A DNA stretch of 44,923 bases from a virus (lineage: Duplodnaviria; Caudoviricetes), in IMG/VR virus record IMGVR_UViG_3300020043_003051, positions 1 to 44,923 of that record, one strand, 5' to 3'. The notes under the pieces are model-generated. The model did not search any database. It was not told where the DNA came from and saw nothing but the letters and a program-made list of their open reading frames with translations. Positions 21,329 to 29,266 of the stretch are shown here, piece by piece (positions within the stretch are counted from its first letter, which is position 1; every line of letters starts with the position of its first letter). A program made the position numbers and the translations under genes.

Positions 21329-21478
21329 ATGAAGGCTGGTTTGTATGCAAACATTCATGCAAAGAAAAAACGTATCGCTGAAGGCTCTGGTGAGAAGATG
21401 AGAAAAGTTGGCAGTAAAGGCGCACCTACTAAGAAGGATTTTACTGAGTCTGCCAAGACTGCTAAAAAGGCAAAGTAA
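21329..21478 (+). CDS. Small basic protein (49 aa), not in ORF track
   Basis: GGAGG RBS; MKAGLYANIHAKKKRIAEGSGEKMRKVGSKGAPTKKDFTESAKTAKKAK; stop overlaps next ATG. Confidence 0.8.
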   Translation: MKAGLYANIHAKKKRIAEGSGEKMRKVGSKGAPTKKDFTESAKTAKKAK

Positions 21479-21768
21479 TGAAATCTCCTGCATGGACAAG
21501 ATCTGAGGGAAAAAATCCTAAGGGTGGGTTAAATGCCAAAGGTAGAGCTAGTGCCAAAGCTGAAGGCATGAACCTTAAAGCACCAGTTAAGTCTGGCGAC
21601 AATCCTAGAAGAGCTAGTTTCTTAGCTCGTATGGGCAACATGGCAGGTCCTGAATACAAAGATGGAAAGCCAACTCGTTTGTTGTTGTCGTTAAAAGCTT
21701 GGGGGGCATCTTCCAAAGCCGATGCGAAAGCAAAAGCTAAAAATATTTCTGCTAGAAATAAAAAATGA
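21478..21768 (+). CDS. Basic protein, DUF6321-like
   Basis: AWTRSEGKNPKGGLNAKGRAS ... RRASFLARM ... SLKAW. Confidence 0.7.
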   Translation: MKSPAWTRSEGKNPKGGLNAKGRASAKAEGMNLKAPVKSGDNPRRASFLARMGNMAGPEYKDGKPTRLLLSLKAWGASSKADAKAKAKNISARNKK

Positions 21769-21860
21769 AGGATTGGGCTGTTGCTTTTATTAGCGCAGCC
21801 CTTTTTGTTTGCACCATTGTTTGGGGCTTTTACATAATCGTTTGGGGTTGGATATGGTAA
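21765..21860 (+). CDS. 31-aa single-TM peptide, not in ORF track
   Basis: ATGA overlap with upstream stop; MKDWAVAFISAALFVCTIVWGFYIIVWGWIW. Confidence 0.65.
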   Translation: MKDWAVAFISAALFVCTIVWGFYIIVWGWIW

Positions 21861-22555
21861 CTGCAAAAAAAACAGCTAAAACAGCACCTAAAGCCCCAGC
21901 AAAGGTGGCTCCTGTTAAGCGTTCTACCCCAAAGGTAGTTGTTGCTCAAAGCAAGAAGAATGAATCAAGTGCTGACAAAGTAATTGAGTTGATCAAATGG
22001 GTAGACAATCCTTTCAAACTATTTACAGTTATCTTGCTTTCTTTCTTATTCTTTGCAGGGTACTTTGCTTGGGACTCACGGCAGGTTATCTTGCAAGCCA
22101 TTACAACTTCTAGCCATCAAACAGAACTAAAAGACACCCCATCTTTGATGCAGGTAGCTTTGTCTGTCCAAAGAGACTTGGAAGCAGAGACTGTTACTGT
22201 CCACAAAGCTAATCTATCGGTTAACTCTCGCACCGCTTTGTTCGCTCTTAATGCTAAGGGTCACGACAAGACAATGGATGGTACTAATTCATCCTTGTTT
22301 AACAAAGATCCACAGCGCAATCAATCAATTATTGCCATGCTAAGTGGTGAGGTTTACTGCGACAAGCTGGTGGTTACTGGCAAGAACTCCGATTGGGAAG
22401 AGAAGCAGGGTGTGAAATATGTATGCCGTGGCGGTATCCCTCCTCAAATGGGCGAGTTTGATGGCTATATCTCTGTTGGCTTTAAAGATATTCCTGAAGA
22501 CCCTACAGAGATCAAGACTCGAATCAACCTGGCGACAACTGAGATGAGCAAGTGA
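21854..22555 (+). CDS. Single-TM protein with probable periplasmic GAF-like domain (T4 holin T-like)
   Basis: Basic N-terminus, amphipathic helix, one TM segment, soluble domain with two Cys ending YVC..IPP..G.F.GYISVGF plus helix. Confidence 0.55.
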   Translation: MVTAKKTAKTAPKAPAKVAPVKRSTPKVVVAQSKKNESSADKVIELIKWVDNPFKLFTVILLSFLFFAGYFAWDSRQVILQAITTSSHQTELKDTPSLMQVALSVQRDLEAETVTVHKANLSVNSRTALFALNAKGHDKTMDGTNSSLFNKDPQRNQSIIAMLSGEVYCDKLVVTGKNSDWEEKQGVKYVCRGGIPPQMGEFDGYISVGFKDIPEDPTEIKTRINLATTEMSK

Positions 22556-22836
22556 GATGGTTTTGGTTGCCGCTTATAGGTTTAGGATTTTGGGCAAGTG
22601 CTAAGGCTCCATGTATTGTTTCTGATTTTTATGCATTGAGTTGGATACATGAGCCAACATTGAGGCACATGGAATTGTCTAGGTGGTTAACAACAAATGG
22701 TGATAATTGTTCATCTGAGCAATTGGTTGGGATTTGGAACAACTTAGCACTATGGGCAGGTGTTGCAGATAGCGCAGAGTTAAGGTCCAAAGTTTTGTAC
22801 TTCTATGCAAGAGCTATGGAGAGGGAAAAGAAATGA
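22552..22836 (+). CDS. Secreted 94-aa protein (antiholin RI-like candidate)
   Basis: Signal peptide ending A-S-A; Cys21 and Cys53; GTGA overlap with previous gene. Confidence 0.5.
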   Translation: MRWFWLPLIGLGFWASAKAPCIVSDFYALSWIHEPTLRHMELSRWLTTNGDNCSSEQLVGIWNNLALWAGVADSAELRSKVLYFYARAMEREKK

Positions 22837-23069
22837 TTACCTTAGACAAGTGGTATCCGCTAGTACAACCAACTCACACTGCCACTCAAATGGCTTTTGA
22901 AAAAGCAGTAGAGAAGGTTCAAGAAGAGTACAGGCAAGCGGTAGAGGCCAACAAGCTTGAGCTTAAAACGATTGAGTTAGAAGTTGAGTTGTACGACAAA
23001 CGAGCAAGGCAGAACACCATTGAGTTGGGTTCATTTGAGAACAGAAGACGATTTCAGATTTTTGTATAA
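22833..23069 (+). CDS. Hypothetical coiled-coil protein (78 aa)
   Basis: ATGA-coupled; no TM segment. Confidence 0.7.
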   Translation: MITLDKWYPLVQPTHTATQMAFEKAVEKVQEEYRQAVEANKLELKTIELEVELYDKRARQNTIELGSFENRRRFQIFV

Positions 23070-23077
23070 GGACTAAT

Positions 23078-23596
23078 ATGCTGACACTACTATCAACCCT
23101 CATTTCATTTTTAATGGGTGGCATTCCTAAGTTTCTAGAATTCTTCCAAGATCGTGCAGATAAGAAGCATGAACTAGAACTTGCCCAACTACAGATTCAG
23201 CGTGAACTAGAGATGCGTAAGCTTGGGTTTGAAGCTCAAGAGCGTGTAGAACATATCAAGTCTGAGCAGTTAGCTATGGAGACTGCCTCACAGAATACTC
23301 AAACCATTGTTGCTGCCCAACAAGCTGAGATGCAAGCTCTCTATGCTCACGATACAGCTTTGAATGAAGGTACTAGCCAATGGATGAAAAATCTTAGGGC
23401 TAGTGTGCGTCCTGTCATTACCTATGGTTTCTTTTTCTTGTTGGTGTTTGTTGATGTTGCAGGTTTCTGGTACGGCTACTACATGAGCGTTCCATTTGAT
23501 GACCTGCTGAATATGCTGTGGGACAATGAAACTCAAGCCCTGTTTGCCAGCATTATTGCTTTTCACTTTGGTGGTCGTGCATTTGGTGGCAAGTGA
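23078..23596 (+). CDS. Holin-like membrane protein (GTA 3TM-holin-like)
   Basis: KHELE, LRASVRPVITY, IIAFHFGGR motifs; immediately before endolysin. Confidence 0.7.
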   Translation: MLTLLSTLISFLMGGIPKFLEFFQDRADKKHELELAQLQIQRELEMRKLGFEAQERVEHIKSEQLAMETASQNTQTIVAAQQAEMQALYAHDTALNEGTSQWMKNLRASVRPVITYGFFFLLVFVDVAGFWYGYYMSVPFDDLLNMLWDNETQALFASIIAFHFGGRAFGGK

Positions 23597-24072
23597 TGAA
23601 AGTCTCTGCTAAAGCCATCAAGATGATCAAGCACCATGAAGGTGTGCGTCAGAAGCCTTATAAATGCCCTGCCAAGCTTTGGACAGTGGGGGTAGGCCAT
23701 GTACTGTATCCCGAGCAAGGAAAGCTCAAGATAGATCAGCGTGATGGTTTTGCAATGAAGATAGAAGACTTTCGTACTTTTTCAATGGAGGAAGTGGATG
23801 CAATACTTAGAGCTGATTTGGATAGGTTTGAGCGAGGAGTGGAGAAGTTCTGTCCAGTACCTCTTACCCAAGGTCAATTCGATGCTTTGGTATCTTTTAG
23901 CTTTAATGTTGGTTTGGGAACATTACAGCGTTCAACCCTCCGTCAAAAGGTTCTTAGGGGGGATATGGAAGGTGCGTCTGAAGAGCTATTGAAGTATTGC
24001 ATGGCTGGCGGTAAAGTTCTTAGGGGACTATTGAACCGCAGGAAAGACGAACAAGCCGTGTTTAATTCTTAA
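23596..24072 (+). CDS. Endolysin, GH24 lysozyme
   Basis: E-x8-C-x5-T triad (HEGVRQKPYKCPAKLWTVGVGH), QFDALVSFSFNVG, GLLNRR; no SAR. Confidence 0.95.
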   Translation: MKVSAKAIKMIKHHEGVRQKPYKCPAKLWTVGVGHVLYPEQGKLKIDQRDGFAMKIEDFRTFSMEEVDAILRADLDRFERGVEKFCPVPLTQGQFDALVSFSFNVGLGTLQRSTLRQKVLRGDMEGASEELLKYCMAGGKVLRGLLNRRKDEQAVFNS

Positions 24073-24364
24073 CAAAAATTCCATCTTTATTGAGGAAACC
24101 TTTGCGGTCTTTGATCTCGTTATAAGCACCTTTAAAGCAAGTAACTAGATCAAGATCTGCACAGGCACAACCCATCACTAAAGTGACTAGGATGTCGCCA
24201 TAGGCATCTGCCATCTCTTCTCTATTGCCTTTAGAGATTGCCTCAAACAACTCTTCCAACTCTTCTTTAGTCTTCAATGCTTGAGCATAGGGTGTGCTGT
24301 TCTGGACAATGCCACGAGCCTCACCCCACTGCACAACTTTCATTTCTGCATCTGCATAACTCAT
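24062..24364 (-). CDS. mazG: MazG-like nucleotide pyrophosphohydrolase
   Basis: QALKTKEELEEL ... DAYGDILVTL ... AYNEIKDRKG; 3' end overlaps the lysozyme stop. Confidence 0.85.
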   Translation of the reverse strand: MSYADAEMKVVQWGEARGIVQNSTPYAQALKTKEELEELFEAISKGNREEMADAYGDILVTLVMGCACADLDLVTCFKGAYNEIKDRKGFLNKDGIFVKN

Positions 24365-24573
24365 TCTTCATCCTCAAAAAAATCATCATTAAATTTTGAC
24401 ATTGTGTGGGTACTTGTATTGAAGAAACCATCACCAGCTTTGGTAAGCATTGACCCATCATTACTGATGTAGTCATTCCCAACTTTGTTAAAGACACCAC
24501 CGTTTTGGTCAACCAGAGTGGTGCTTGATTTGTTGAAAAAGTTGCCAGAGAAAAGGTCAATAAATGTTTTCAT
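24361..24573 (-). CDS. Hypothetical protein with short internal repeats
   Basis: FNK...DQNG / FNK...SNDG / LTK repeats; ATGA-coupled. Confidence 0.65.
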   Translation of the reverse strand: MKTFIDLFSGNFFNKSSTTLVDQNGGVFNKVGNDYISNDGSMLTKAGDGFFNTSTHTMSKFNDDFFEDEE

Positions 24574-24887
24574 TTGACCACCTTCACAACTCGTTGATAG
24601 CGTCCTGAATTACCTTTGCGCTTCTCACCACTATCCTCAATAAATCCTTTGCGAATCAATTGTGAAAAGCGGGGGGTAATACTGTTGGCTTTGATGTGAG
24701 GCAATGCCGCTTCTACTTCATCGGCAGTGCAGCCATTGGCACTCTTTGCAATAACTTCATAGACCAGTTGTTCAAGCTTTGTTGAATCTACCAATACAGC
24801 AGATTCATAACTGGTTATGGGATCTGAAGCTCTGACCATAAATTTAGGTTCAGTGCCAAAAATCATGTGGTACAAACTTTTCATCAT
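24570..24887 (-). CDS. Winged helix-turn-helix protein
   Basis: GCTADEV ... SITPRFSQLIRKGFIEDSG.KR. Confidence 0.75.
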   Translation of the reverse strand: MMKSLYHMIFGTEPKFMVRASDPITSYESAVLVDSTKLEQLVYEVIAKSANGCTADEVEAALPHIKANSITPRFSQLIRKGFIEDSGEKRKGNSGRYQRVVKVVK

Positions 24888-24910
24888 ATTAACTCCTATT
24901 AATTTTGGGT

Positions 24911-24954
24911 GGGGGTACTAATGTTCGTCCGACATTTCTGTCCACTTTCCCCCC
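24911..24954 (-). ncRNA. Candidate structured RNA element (loop E plus GAAA tetraloop)
   Basis: Minus strand GGGGG-GAA-AGUG-GACA-GAAA-UGUC-GGACGAA-CAUU-AGUA-CCCCC. Confidence 0.55.
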
Positions 24955-24959
24955 GAATA

Positions 24960-25205
24960 TCAGAATGGGATCGAATCTTCCATGTCATCAAAGCCTGTTG
25001 ACTTAGAACGCTCTGATGGTTTTGCTTGTGGTTCTTTTGGAGACAATGCCAAGCCCATGAACTTGCCGCCCTTGCCTTCTTTGATCCAAGCTGAAAGCCA
25101 GTACTCTTGGCCTCCAACAATAACATTTCCTTTGTAATCAGGTTGATTAGGCATTTCTTTTTTATCGTTCTTAAACAGAACACCTGTGTTGTCACGCTTT
25201 TCCAT
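24960..25205 (-). CDS. Small ssDNA-binding-like protein
   Basis: LFKNDKK..QPDYKG..YWLSAW core; acidic EDSIPF tail; next to annealase. Confidence 0.7.
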   Translation of the reverse strand: MEKRDNTGVLFKNDKKEMPNQPDYKGNVIVGGQEYWLSAWIKEGKGGKFMGLALSPKEPQAKPSERSKSTGFDDMEDSIPF

Positions 25206-25206
25206 A

Positions 25207-25785
25207 TTAAATTCCTTTAAGTTTTTCTTTGTAAGCTTTGATAGCAGATCTTACTTTGCTATCTGGTTTGAGTGTGTCCCAAACCCTAATGCGAACTTCG
25301 TTATCCGTGATGGATTCCCATTCGCCATACATACCAGCCTCATCGCCAGCATCGTATCTTTCTTTGATGGCTGCTACCACAGCATCAACAACACTTGTAT
25401 CCATCTCTGGAAGGTCTTCACCACTATAGATGTACATCCCGAGTCCATGTAGTGCCAAACCTTTGGTCATACAGCGCATGATGGCGGTATTAACTGCAAA
25501 TGCATCTGGGTGCTGAATGGCTTTGTTACGGTGGTCCATCACAGGCAGTTGGCAGGTCATTGGTTTGCCAAACAAGGTTACTGTTACCCATACCATGTAA
25601 GTGCCATTGATATCTGTATAGCACTTGTCGCCAAACATCATTACTTGGAAGTGAGCTTGTGGGTCTGCCTTGAGAGCTTCTGCCCATGCCCAAGCCCATG
25701 AAAGATAGGTAAGGTTACCTTTTTTCTCTGTATGCTCATTTACGTTTAGCTTGAGCAAGTCATTTACTGTCATATTCGCTGTCAT
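25207..25785 (-). CDS. Single-strand annealing protein, Sak/DUF1071 family
   Basis: NVNEHTEKKGNLTYLSWAWAW, LPVMDHRNK, RCMTKGLALHGLGMYIYSGEDLP. Confidence 0.88.
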   Translation of the reverse strand: MTANMTVNDLLKLNVNEHTEKKGNLTYLSWAWAWAEALKADPQAHFQVMMFGDKCYTDINGTYMVWVTVTLFGKPMTCQLPVMDHRNKAIQHPDAFAVNTAIMRCMTKGLALHGLGMYIYSGEDLPEMDTSVVDAVVAAIKERYDAGDEAGMYGEWESITDNEVRIRVWDTLKPDSKVRSAIKAYKEKLKGI

Positions 25786-25787
25786 AT

Positions 25788-25985
25788 TCACACCTTGTGG
25801 TTGTTAAAAGCATTGTCATATTCTTCTTTGATGATTTCCATTTGAGTGTCATCATCAAGATCTTCAAAATTTACCCAATCTGCTTCGTTGCAACACACCA
25901 GCCGATGGCCTTTAGGTGTCACGCAATATGGGCAGTATTTCTCGTGAGCGTATTGCTCTTTGTATTCAATGATGTAGTTGTTCAC
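25788..25985 (-). CDS. Small Cys-containing protein (CxxC...CC)
   Basis: Likely GTG start at 25985 after AAGGTG; YCPYC...VCC. Confidence 0.65.
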   Translation of the reverse strand: MNNYIIEYKEQYAHEKYCPYCVTPKGHRLVCCNEADWVNFEDLDDDTQMEIIKEEYDNAFNNHKV

Positions 25986-26001
25986 AAGTTCACCTTGTCG
26001 T

Positions 26002-26172
26002 TCAATTAGTTTTTTGAGCATCAAGTCTTTGAACTTTCTTAGCCAACAACCAGTTGTCGCCAAGATATCGAACAGAGCGAATCCATTGGCGCTGGTAGCT
26101 GCGAATTGTTTGAGGGGGTGCATCATATGTCTGAAACAGATTGCGGACATATTTGAGAGCGTGTGTATTCAT
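26002..26172 (-). CDS. Hypothetical protein (56 aa), not in ORF track
   Basis: AAGGA RBS; MNTHALKYVRNLFQTYDAPPQTIRSYQRQWIRSVRYLGDNWLLAKK. Confidence 0.7.
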   Translation of the reverse strand: MNTHALKYVRNLFQTYDAPPQTIRSYQRQWIRSVRYLGDNWLLAKKVQRLDAQKTN

Positions 26173-26181
26173 TGCTTTTCC

Positions 26182-26382
26182 TTAGTGAAGTGAATCGTAT
26201 GCTTTTTGGTGAAGAACATCACCATGTTGATCTGCTAGTTTTTCTAGCTCGTCATCAGTCAACTCAGTGCCATCTTCATAGCAAGCGTAACTGAAATAAC
26301 CATCTGAGAAATCGGGATAATCCCTACTATCAACACCATCAACTTCAAGGTCAACAACCTTTTTACCATTAAAAATTATCAT
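26182..26382 (-). CDS. Acidic hypothetical protein
   Basis: AACAGGAG RBS; DYPDFSD motif. Confidence 0.75.
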   Translation of the reverse strand: MIIFNGKKVVDLEVDGVDSRDYPDFSDGYFSYACYEDGTELTDDELEKLADQHGDVLHQKAYDSLH

Positions 26383-26404
26383 AGTGACTCCTGTTAAGAG
26401 CCTC

Positions 26405-26478
26405 TACTTTGCCACAGGTTTTTAAATAAAAGTATTAGGACAAACCCTAATAGACAACAGATTTATTTTTGATAGGCT
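26405..26478. promoter_or_regulatory. Divergent promoters sharing a central dyad box
   Basis: TTAGGACAAACCCTAA at 26435-26450; + strand TAGGCT at 26473; - strand TGgCAAAGT at 26414-26406. Confidence 0.6.
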
Positions 26479-26484
26479 ATCGAT

Positions 26485-26664
26485 ATGAACATTGAACAAA
26501 CCGAACAAGACTGTGCTGAAGCTTTGCTTGCTTACGCATATAACTTAGTTATAACTTATAACAATCATGATGGTGACAGAGATGCCGCTATGGTTGGGTT
26601 GATAGCTAGGGCACTAGAGATTCATGTTGAGCGCCCAATAAATATTTCTGGGATGTATCAATGA
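26485..26664 (+). CDS. Hypothetical protein (59 aa), possibly leaderless, not in ORF track
   Basis: MNIEQTEQDCAEALLAYAYNL...; stop overlaps next ATG. Confidence 0.65.
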   Translation: MNIEQTEQDCAEALLAYAYNLVITYNNHDGDRDAAMVGLIARALEIHVERPINISGMYQ

Positions 26665-26858
26665 AAACAACTGATAAATTTGACCCTGCCATCCAGTGTG
26701 ATGGCAAACACGCATTTCCCACATTTACTGCCGCTGAAGCCGCCACATCTAAAAAACGAGACAATGGCTTTCAGATCTACAAATGTCCCCACTGTAGTTT
26801 CTTCCACATTGGTCACTCAACAACCAAAACAAGAAACTTGAAACGGGCAGCGAAATAG
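26661..26858 (+). CDS. Small Zn-binding protein
   Basis: C.GK ... YKCPHC..FH. Confidence 0.7.
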   Translation: MKTTDKFDPAIQCDGKHAFPTFTAAEAATSKKRDNGFQIYKCPHCSFFHIGHSTTKTRNLKRAAK

Positions 26859-26866
26859 GTTATATT
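26838..26866 (+). promoter_or_regulatory. Sigma70-type promoter
   Basis: TTGAAA-17 bp-TATATT. Confidence 0.65.
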
Positions 26867-26871
26867 GGTTT

Positions 26872-26938
26872 GAAACACGGCTAGGTATGGCTTGATCACC
26901 GTACCGAAAAGAGTTACTCCCTCTCCTGCCGCAGTTTC
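26872..26938 (+). ncRNA. Candidate multi-stem leader/small RNA upstream of replication gene
   Basis: GAAAC..CGGC/GCCG..GTTTC outer stem, GGTATGG/CCGTACC inner stem, followed by T-run. Confidence 0.5.
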
Positions 26939-26964
26939 TTTTAAGGGGGCATAAAAGGCGAGCT

Positions 26965-27726
26965 ATGCACTATTACCAGTTCAATATTGGTGACTATCAA
27001 AGTCACACCTCTCATCTTTCTGACATTGAAGATTTAGTCTACAGGCGGTTGCTTGATTGGTACTATCTACATGAATGCCCAATCCCATTTGATTTAAACG
27101 AAATTTCTAGGCAGATTCGGATGCGTTCGCATAGCGATTGCATTGCGTCTGTATTGCAAGAGTACTTTGAAAAATCTGACGATGGATGGATTCATCACAG
27201 AGCAAACAAAGAGCTTGCTAAGGCGGGAGACAAGTCTCAAAAGGCTAGTGCAAGTGCCAAAGCTAGATGGAGTAAAAAGGATGCGAACGCATTGCCAACG
27301 CAATCCGAAGGCAATGCTACACATAACACATTACCCAAGACACAAGACACAGAACCCAAAACACAAAAGAATAAGCTCGGCAAACGCCTCGCCAATGATT
27401 GGGTTTTGCCAAACGAATGGGAATATTGGGCAAACAAGGAAAGACCTGATTTGAATGCCGCACAGGTGGCAGACCAGTTCAAAGATTATTGGATTGCTCA
27501 ACCTGGTCAAAAAGGCACAAAGTTGGATTGGGAAGCCACATGGCGTAATTGGGTGCGAAACACAAAAGCACCTAAGCAGAATCCTGCCGACATTGTGAGG
27601 CTCACAGTCCCATCAAAGAATGAGCCTGATCCTGCTTTGGAGAAAATCAAGGCTGATGAAAAGAAAGCTGCCCCCATGCCAGACCATATTCGTGAATTTA
27701 TAGCAAATGCAAGGAGAAAAGCATGA
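26965..27726 (+). CDS. YdaU/DUF1376-family replication initiator-like protein
   Basis: MHYYQFNIGDYQSHTSHLS...YRRLLDWYY; C-terminal FKDYW...KLDWEATWRNW. Confidence 0.85.
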   Translation: MHYYQFNIGDYQSHTSHLSDIEDLVYRRLLDWYYLHECPIPFDLNEISRQIRMRSHSDCIASVLQEYFEKSDDGWIHHRANKELAKAGDKSQKASASAKARWSKKDANALPTQSEGNATHNTLPKTQDTEPKTQKNKLGKRLANDWVLPNEWEYWANKERPDLNAAQVADQFKDYWIAQPGQKGTKLDWEATWRNWVRNTKAPKQNPADIVRLTVPSKNEPDPALEKIKADEKKAAPMPDHIREFIANARRKA

Positions 27727-27888
27727 CTGAAGAAGGATGGAAAGCTTTTAGCGAATTAATGGATCTTCTTAAACATAAATTTGATGACCAAGAAAAAAAG
27801 AATTAAAAATCTTGAAGAACAAATTCAATTTCTTACTGAGGATGAGGAATGGATTCTTGTCCAAACTAAAGATTTAAGGAATTCTTGA
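27723..27888 (+). pseudogene. Small coiled-coil ORF broken by a +1 frameshift in an A7 run
   Basis: A6 instead of A7 at 27793-27799 gives a 54-aa ORF whose start and stop overlap both neighbours. Confidence 0.5.
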
Positions 27889-28001
27889 TGACACACGCTG
27901 AAGCTATGAGAATCTTGGACAAGGTCAAAGACGGTGTGCCTTACCCTGAAAAAATCATCAACATGGCATTGGAACTTACTGGTGACTTACAGCAGACGTA
28001 A
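27888..28001 (+). CDS. 37-aa hypothetical protein, not in ORF track
   Basis: EAMRILDKVKDG...ALELTGDL; homolog at 41990-42097. Confidence 0.75.
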   Translation: MTHAEAMRILDKVKDGVPYPEKIINMALELTGDLQQT

Positions 28002-28194
28002 TGTAGAAAGCCCAAGCGATAGAGTTGTGCTTGAGCAAGCAGAGGCAAGAGAAATCTATCGTTCCTACCAAACAACCAAAGACAGAGACTTTGTGCGTGG
28101 TCGGTTAGAGAGAGCAGAACGAATCTATGGCGCTGGTGCTAGAGATCGTATTCGGACTTACATGAACAGAATTAAAGACGGGATACTTGAATGA
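27982..28194 (+). CDS. Hypothetical protein (70 aa)
   Basis: GTG start inferred from homolog at 41771-41983. Confidence 0.8.
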   Translation: MTYSRRNVESPSDRVVLEQAEAREIYRSYQTTKDRDFVRGRLERAERIYGAGARDRIRTYMNRIKDGILE

Positions 28195-28619
28195 CATTTA
28201 TGGTCACTTACATGGTCGAAGGCAATCCTGTTGGCAAAGGTAGACCTAAATTTGCTCGTAGGGGTAACTTTGTCTCTACCTACACTCCCACCAAAACCAG
28301 AGATTATGAAGATCTAATCAAAGATGCTGCCAAAAAAGCAATGGGAAGTGGTGAACCGCTAGAAACGCCTGTAACCGTTGCCATCTACATCACAGTACCA
28401 ATCCCTCAGTCATACTCCAAAAAGCGCACAGAGGCTTGTTTAAAGGGTTTGGAGCGCCCAATTAAGAAGCCAGACATAGACAACATAGCTAAATGCTTCT
28501 TAGATGCCATGAATGAGATCGTTTACCTAGACGATACCCAAGTACTCACCCTGCACATAACCAAGGTCTACGGGACTGTCGGCATGGTGGAGGTGATGGT
28601 GGCAGAAGATTTGGACTAA
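28191..28619 (+). CDS. rusA: RusA-family Holliday junction resolvase
   Basis: PVGKGRP, KKPDIDNIAK..LDA, DD.QV. Confidence 0.9.
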   Translation: MTFMVTYMVEGNPVGKGRPKFARRGNFVSTYTPTKTRDYEDLIKDAAKKAMGSGEPLETPVTVAIYITVPIPQSYSKKRTEACLKGLERPIKKPDIDNIAKCFLDAMNEIVYLDDTQVLTLHITKVYGTVGMVEVMVAEDLD

Positions 28620-28690
28620 GGGTAAGTCCCTATACAAATAATCAAGAATTCAAGTTACAGTGAGTCTGTCATCAATTAACAGGAGTGAAT

Positions 28691-28930
28691 ATGTCTTACA
28701 CAATCAATTTTGATGCTACTACTGGCGGTGGTAGCGAAATCGTTCAAGTTGTTATGTCTTATGAGCAAGACCATGACGGAACTTATGCTGAAAACATTGA
28801 TTCAATTAAATTTGAAGGTGTTGAAGTGATTGGCTTGATTTCTGAAGATCAGTTTGCAGAACTGGAAAGACAGGGTTGCGAAGCTATTAACGAAAAGAAA
28901 ATTTACGATTTAAATAACTATGAACCCTGA
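28691..28930 (+). CDS. Acidic hypothetical protein
   Basis: AACAGGAG RBS; homolog at 39301-39540. Confidence 0.8.
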   Translation: MSYTINFDATTGGGSEIVQVVMSYEQDHDGTYAENIDSIKFEGVEVIGLISEDQFAELERQGCEAINEKKIYDLNNYEP

Positions 28931-29078
28931 CCAGCTCAGATGCCAACCTGCCAAACCAGATGAAAAGTGCTTCAACTGTAAAAGGCGGGTTGTCGAAACC
29001 AGAATATATGTCAATGCCAAAAACAGCAAAGACAAAGCTTGTATCTACATCCCTATTTCTTTGCAGGTAAAAACATGA
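28920..29078 (+). CDS. 52-aa Cys-rich protein, not in ORF track
   Basis: RC...CFNCKR...C; stop overlaps next ATG. Confidence 0.6.
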   Translation: MNPDQLRCQPAKPDEKCFNCKRRVVETRIYVNAKNSKDKACIYIPISLQVKT

Positions 29079-29266
29079 TGCCATCTTTAGATTTTGGTGC
29101 GACATATGCATCTAACAAGTTCAAGTTATGCACTAAGTGCGACACCATCAAGCCGCCTGAGGGCGGCATTGAGATTGGTACTAAATGGAACTGTCAAGCC
29201 TGTTGGTTAAAGCGAATTACAGGCGTACACCTTAAACAAAACCGAATTAACGGAGGTGCTAAATGA
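29075..29266 (+). CDS. Zn-finger protein (CxxC...CxxC)
   Basis: Homolog at 37984-38178. Confidence 0.8.
   Translation: MMPSLDFGATYASNKFKLCTKCDTIKPPEGGIEIGTKWNCQACWLKRITGVHLKQNRINGGAK

Noticed and set aside
23596-24072. Cys replacing Asp in the lysozyme catalytic triad as a novelty
   Set aside because: E-x8-C-x5-T is a known GH24 variant
24062-24364. MazG as part of a Z-genome (purZ/mazZ/datZ) system
   Set aside because: No purZ, datZ or DNA polymerase gene recognised in the window
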